64,000 nt of DNA from Octopus vulgaris (Eukaryota): positions 159,464,001 through 159,528,000 of the forward strand of contig OX597816.1 of NCBI GenBank assembly GCA_951406725.2, written 5' to 3'. The notes under the pieces are model-generated. The model ran no database searches. It saw nothing but the letters and a program-made list of their open reading frames with translations, and was not told the origin of the DNA. The position numbers were made by a program, and so were the translations under genes. Of this stretch, positions 57,544 through 64,000 are shown in pieces; positions within the stretch are counted from its first letter, which is position 1, and the number at the start of each line of letters is the position of its first letter.

Positions 57544-59088
57544 GCGCGTGTGTTATGAACGAATAAAGAATATTTGTTACTGTTTCTGTATGTGGGAGAG
57601 AGAGTGAGTGAAGGTAAGTGAGAATGTGAGAAAATTGTCTTTAAATCACATTGCAATCAGTCATAAAGACTTGTAGCAACTAAGACGATCTCAAATTGGA
57701 TCATGGACTATTTATTAAGCTTGAAAGGACAGGAAGAATCTCGAGGCTGCAAGGAAAGTAGTCATTCTTCGCTGAAAAAGAAAACAAAACAAAAGAACGG
57801 CATTCCCCACTACTTCCGAGTGCAATGTCAATGGGATTCTTGTATTAGTGAGAATCCAACACTTATGAAACGTATAATAAACATGTAACGGATGGGTCAA
57901 CCCTTGCCGACTCTCTTTTCATCTTTTTGTGAACAACAGCATATGAATCACTGATTGGTCAGAAATAGTGTCAAGGCTTAACGTTTGTACGTGACAGAGA
58001 ACATTTAAGCAATGGTGTGGAGAGCTGTCCACTACAGACTTATTTCCCGTTACAATCAATGGTTTCTGTTCAAACTTTTGTAACAGGGTCACGTATATAC
58101 TGCTTTCTTAATACAATCTCCTAAAAAAACATCAATATCTCAAGCCACTCCATACAAGTTATTGGTGTCATCTGTTTTCTACAAATATTTCACTAAGTTG
58201 CCTCTGATCTACATATTCATCTATGAAGTTCTGTTTCCTCACAACTATTCTCCACTATCTTTTATGTAAATTATTGATTTCACTCTTAAAAGACTTGGCA
58301 CTGATATTTCTAGTTTCCAATTAACTTCGTAATAAAAATTTTACACCTTGTAGAATGAGTTTGCTGTTATTTTTCCAGATCATTCTTCTCTAAACCATTT
58401 ACTTCACGAAATCTAATTATTACACTGGCTTTCGATTTTTCTTCTTTTTTTTTTTAAATCTTACTAACCAAAATAGTTATTAAATAGACAAACTAAGAAG
58501 TTTTGCTGAGCATGGCCGAAGCGTATTATATTAATTCTTCCAGGCGATGGGCTGGCAGAGTCGTTACTGCTCCAGACAAAATGCTTAACGGCATTTCTTC
58601 CGATTTTACCTTGAGTCTAAATTCCGACGAGGTTGACGTTGCCTTTCATCCTTTCGGAGTCGATGAAATACCAGTTGAACACAAGGGTTGGTGTAATCGA
58701 CAAGACCTCTCACAAAATTTCAGAGCCTGTGCCTAGAGTACAAAAGATTAAACTTTTTTACATAGCAAACATTGAAAGCCACTCTAATGCAGTGGGAAGT
58801 AATTGAAAGTACGTTGTGACTATACTGAGTAATTGCTGTAAATGTGGTTTAGTCCCAGGTCAACATTGAGACTTTTGAGCAATGGTCCTCAGCCATTTCG
58901 CAGCTCAGTTCTCTGTTCCACTTTCACAGAATGGCGTTTTATAAATGGCTGTTTCTCATAATTTAACCATCCCCAAGTAATTTTCCTGAAGTAACAACTA
59001 ATTTTGCCCCGTAGTTTATTACCTATCTTCTTATTAGTATCTATGTGTAAGTGCCTCTTTTTCGATATTTGCGTGGATTAGTGTGTTT

Positions 59089-59515
59089 ATCATCATCATC
59101 ATCATCATCGTTTAACGTCCGTTCTCCATGCTAGCATGGGTTGGACGGTTCGACCGGGGATCTGGGAAGCCAGAAGGCTGCACCAGGCTCCGGTCTTATC
59201 TGGCAATGTTTCTACAGCTGGATGCCCTTCCTAACGCCAACCACTCCGTGAGTGTAGTGGGTGCTTTTTACGTGCCACCTGCACTGGTGCCAGGTGAGGC
59301 TGGCATCGGCCACGGTCGGATTGGTGCATTTTACGTGCCACCTGCACGGAAGCCAGTCGAGGCGGCACTGGCTTCAGCCACGATTCGGATGGTGCCTTTT
59401 ACGTGCCACCGACACGGAAGCCAGTTGAGGCGGCACTGGCTTCGGCCACGATTCGGATGGTGCTTTTTACGTATCTCCAGTCCAGGGGTCCTGGCATCTG
59501 CCGGGTGCCAAATTT
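59089..59515 (-). mobile_element. SINE family C variant with internal ~60-bp tandem repeats
   Basis: (CAT)n tail; three ttttacgtgccacc..gcacggaagccagt..aggcggcactggc units. Confidence 0.8.
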
Positions 59516-59789
59516 TTTATGGAAATAACTGAAGAAGGTGAGGACTTGTATAATTGTTTCTGGTTTTAGCTGGCCCAAGTGATACAAGCTGAAAATGTTT
59601 TGAGGCCGATCCATCGGTCTGATGAAACAAACGTTTTGAAATGTAATAGTCAATCACAGATCGTCTTTCTGTAAATATAAAATAAAACTATAGAATATAT
59701 ATAGTTTTGGATATGAATAAAGTAGATGTAGGCACTTTATCCTTTCTTTTCGACACGCACCCGTCATTTTCAATCCCAACAGAAAAAAA

Positions 59790-60251
59790 AAAAACAACAT
59801 TTTGGTCTTTTTGGCTACACCTACCAAAACATCGTATGTCTCAAAAGGGTACTTTATTTTATCGATCTCCAAAAAAACTGAATGGTAAAGTTGATCTCGT
59901 CGGGATTTGGACTCAGAATGTAAAGAACCGAAAGAAATGTTGCTAAGCATTTCGCCCGACACACTAACGATTCTGCCAGCTCATCACTGAGAAGTTTTAT
60001 ATATATATTTCTTTACTGCCCTCCAGGGGCTAAACATAGAGGGGACAAACAAGGGCAGACAAAGGGATTAAGTCGATTACATCGACCCAGTGTGAAACTG
60101 GTACTTTATTTATCGACCCCGAGAGGATGAAAGGCAAAGTCGACCTCGGCGGAATTTGAACTCAGAACGTAACGGCAGACGAAATACGGCTACGCATTTC
60201 GCCCGGCGTGCTAACGATTCTGCCAGCTCGTCACTGAGAAGTTTTATATAT
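59790..60251 (-). mobile_element. Two adjacent SINE family B copies, the younger with ~22-bp TSD
   Basis: tcactgagaagttttatatata is duplicated at ~59984-60005 and 60231-60252. Confidence 0.8.
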
Positions 60252-62109
60252 AGATATGTTTGACCTAGGCACATCAGCAGTCACGTTGCAGCACACTGAC
60301 AGCATAATGGCCAACTCATATTCTAATCCCGACAATTATAAGTACCATATCTGGTTTAATTTTTTGGCAATCTTTCGGTATTTGTTCATGATGATACTTA
60401 ATTTTGTCCATGTGTTCGACAATTTACGAGGAAAATTCTTTTACTTTTCTTTTTTTTTATTTTTCATGTGATGGTGGAGCCGACACTATCTTTGATGTAC
60501 ACGAAAGAACTGAACACACGCATACACGTGCGCGCATGCGCACACACACACACACAAAATTTAAAGAAATAATAAGAATTTCTCTGTAGATTGCCAAACA
60601 CAGCTAAAACTGTAAAATGACATCATATACGAATACCGAAAGATTGCCATCCCCCCCCCCCCGCTAATTCAGCGCTCACATAGTGCCCTTTATCAAGATC
60701 ATCATGTCCCCGCCCCACACATAAACTCTGCCAACCAGGTTAAGAACCACTTCTGTAGGGTGGAGAGTTAAGGAAGGTTTAGTTGCTATTTCTAGTAAGT
60801 CGAGCGATAACGTAGAGGTTCCTTCATTTGGCTGGCGATAGACTAATTTGTACTCGATTGAACGAAAGAGTCTACATGGCACCTCGTCTCATCATGTAGT
60901 TAAACGTTCCTCAAATCACATCCTCTACTATCTTAAAAAGGTATACATTGGATTGTGTGGTTCTTGGTACACTGTGCCTGGATAAAAAAAAATAGGTCAG
61001 ATGTTCACAGCTGCTATATATATCTTTGATTGTGTAAGTCTGGATTACATCAACTCGTTTGTATTCTACATTTGCCAAGTTCAAAAAGCTTTTTCATTTG
61101 ACTAACACGAGAATGCTGACAGTTTGTGTTTATATTAACGTGGTAATAATTAAATTTTAAAAAGCAGGTCATCAGAAAATAGATTTGCAGAACAAGAAAG
61201 GATGTTGACAGCATTGCCTTGTACAATGGCTTGGGAAGTTCACGGAATCATTTTCCTTTCCACCGTCTCCTGTTGTAACAAACATTTTTGTAATAGCTCC
61301 GTACACAACATAGGTTCAAAATGCTGTGCTTGAAAAAAAGAGTCTTATAAATTCTCACATGAAGGTAAATCTGGAATTACAAAACACCAATAACTATTTG
61401 GAGGTTGCTATACGTTATGAATTTAATATATCTTAGTATCTCCACAATTCAGTTTGAAAATTCCATTTTCTCTTCAGACATTTCTGGAATTTCCTACAAT
61501 TGTCGCCAGAACTTTTTCAGTTTTCACAACATAACACTTGACAAAACTATATCTTTGAAGGCCTTTGCAGTTTATAAATTTAAATTTACATTTGTCTGAA
61601 GAAATATCGAACATTCATAGATACAAATTTCTAGCATAATAGACAGGCTTTAAGTTTAAAATGTTAGCAATCATTGACTAAAGCGGCATCAATTAGAATG
61701 AAAAATAATTAGTAACTAGCAAAAGTTGTTTGAATGACCAAAACGAATAAATCTACATCTTGTAATATATGTTTAATTTTTGTCGTGATAAACGTATATC
61801 TCCATTCATAAATGTTTCTCCTGAAAACTTAAAAAACTTTTCGAGATAAGTTACTCGAAAAAAAAAAATCATTTTTTTCAGCAATACTTAACTTTGATAT
61901 CTTTGATAGATTTCGGCCAGTATAGGCCCAGGCCATGTCTAACTTATTAGCACCACTTGGTAAAGTCATTCAAATCAGGAATCGGACAACGTGGCCCACT
62001 CAAGTAGAGAGTTATTGTTTACAGAGACATATGCCCTTCACTCGGGCAACTCCCTAGTGTCATCCAAATAACACCAGAGACTTTGGAGTAATTGTTGATA
62101 ATAATCAAA

Positions 62110-63085
62110 GGTTGGTCCGGGATTTTTTGAAAAAATTTGTCCAGTGAACTCTTGAATTTTATGGGATCCGTTTTCATTTTGTCGTATTTTGGTATGATAT
62201 TAAAGAGAGCTGGACCGGTTGAGGTAAAGTAGTTGTGGCGTAATGTTGTTATGTGTCCTGAGTTCGATTTTTGTAGTGGACGGATACCACGGGGGCCAAG
62301 TCTTGGATGGATTTTAAAATTGATACCAACATCATTTGTGAAATATTGATGGAATATTTTCCACATCACACAAATGATGTGGCGCTCCCGATAGTGTTGG
62401 AGAGAGTAGAGTTTGAGTTTCTTTAGTCGACCCCAATAGTCAATGTCTGTCATGCCCTCTATCTTTCTTGTTATTGACCTCTGGAGTGCTTCCACTTTCA
62501 TAATGAGTGGCTTCGTGTGTGAAGATCACAGTGGGAAACAGTATTCAAGGTGGAGTCGGGCAAAAGTACAGTAGAGAAGGATGATGGTATGGGAATCTCT
62601 AGACCGGAAAGTTCTCAGAATTCAGGAGCATATCTTGCGAGCCAAGTCAACCTTGCTGTTTACGTGGGAACTCCAGCTTTGATTATTATCAACAATTACT
62701 CCAAAGTCTCTGGTGTTATTTGGATGACACTAGGGAGTTGCCCGAGTGAAGGGCATATGGTAGTTTCAGAGTATCCTCTTTTCCAAATTGAATCAAATTA
62801 AACTTATCCTCATTTAGAAGCATATTGTTCTGTTCCGCCCATTGGACAACAGCAAACAGGTCCGACTGAAGGCATGTTCGGTTTCCCATACTGTTTATTG
62901 CCTTCCGGAATTTGGAATCATCTGCAAAGATTTTCAATGTAGAATGTTTGATGACGTCTACTCTGTCATTGAATGTAGATAATGAAGAGGAATGGGCCCA
63001 ATACAGTACCTTGTGGGACACCACTACTGACTTTGGCTAAGCTTGGTCGGATTCCCTCAAACACAACATATTGAGTTTTGTTCAA
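62110..63085 (-). pseudogene. Decayed CR1-group LINE RT fragment
   Basis: [25 protein letters not shown]...WAEQNNMLLNEDKF, then ALQRSITRKI...YWGRLKKLKLYSLQ...GPALFNIIP...LDKFFQKIPDQP; multiple frameshifts. Confidence 0.85.
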
Positions 63086-64000
63086 ACGATGAAGTTGAGA
63101 AATGAAAACGCTAATCTCTGTTAATAACAAACTTGTCCATAATAGCTTATTTTGAAGTATTTACTTATTCGTTTCGATCATTCAAAGATAGCCCAGCAAT
63201 TTTTTTTATATATTCCCCCTTGATATTGCTTTCATTTTAATTGACGCTCCTTTATTAAATATTACCAAAATATCTAACCTGAATGTTCTATTCCATTAAG
63301 AGTAACTTTATGCAGTTTGTAACTAACGAAAGTGTTGCTTCAAACCATTTTGATACTAACCTAGAAATTTAAAACTTAATCCACAAGCAGCTGTGTGATA
63401 AGCGAAAACTGTTTCATTTGTAGCAGCAGCAGCTTGGTCTTAAGAGCCTTATCATAATCATAGGGCTCAATGTTTTGGAAAATGTTTACAATAGATTACA
63501 AAGATGTTGCTTTTAGAAATATTTTATGTGTTTTATTTGGCAATATCACAACGTCCTCAACGGTTCGCTGAAATTGTTGATCTACATTAACTATATTTAT
63601 CATTGCATCAAAATAAAATAGCAAAATGCGAACAAACTATTGATGGTCTGCGTTGGTAAATAGTAAATACAAATACAAAAATGTTCATAAAATGGAATTG
63701 GTATGCCGCGAGGAAAAGAAGACTGGCGTTTCGGTGAGGATTCAAAGCATATTAACTTATTCTATTCTGAGAACTTTTCTTATCGGTATGTGCTTGGCTT
63801 TGAGATATTTCAAGATGAAGATGTGGTGAATCTTGCAGGCATGAAGTGGATTCGATCTACCATAGCCAAATTTCAAGTAACAGTTCAACAGAACTTTTCT
63901 CATGGTGGAACAATAGTTTTTCTGTGACAGTTTACATTTGCCAGATGCCTAAGCTAGGCCGAAATAATGTCTTCGCCACTTGACCCTTCTAACCTCTTCT

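Noticed and set aside
42527-59515. Regularly spaced gtggcacgtaaaagcacc repeats resembling a CRISPR array
   Set aside because: Internal repeats of dispersed SINE family C copies in a eukaryotic context, with non-unique spacers and no cas genes.

Overview
Eukaryotic, AT-rich, repeat-dominated DNA, most consistent with an octopus (coleoid cephalopod) genome. That call is inferred from the tRNA-derived SINE families and the extreme (TA)n/(CA)n/(TACA)n microsatellite load. One convincing host gene is present: a 664-aa RING/B-box/coiled-coil/NHL-like beta-propeller (TRIM-NHL type) protein with an uninterrupted CDS on the minus strand at 21843-23837. The rest is transposon material. It includes a near-intact CR1-group LINE and a related truncated copy set head-to-head inside (TA)n arrays, and a ~6 kb same-strand mosaic of Tx1/L1, gypsy and unidentified coding remnants just downstream of the TRIM gene. 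There are also RTE, CR1, Penelope, MULE and hAT remnants, three non-autonomous Helitrons, piggyBac-like MITEs and many SINEs. The most notable structures are microsatellite-embedded LINEs, two visible LINE-SINE 3'-tail partnerships, a strand-biased piRNA-cluster-like mosaic, a multi-level nested insertion and two near-perfect long inverted repeats. No CRISPR array, rRNA or confident tRNA gene was seen. Coordinates of decayed repeats are approximate and no database searches were run.
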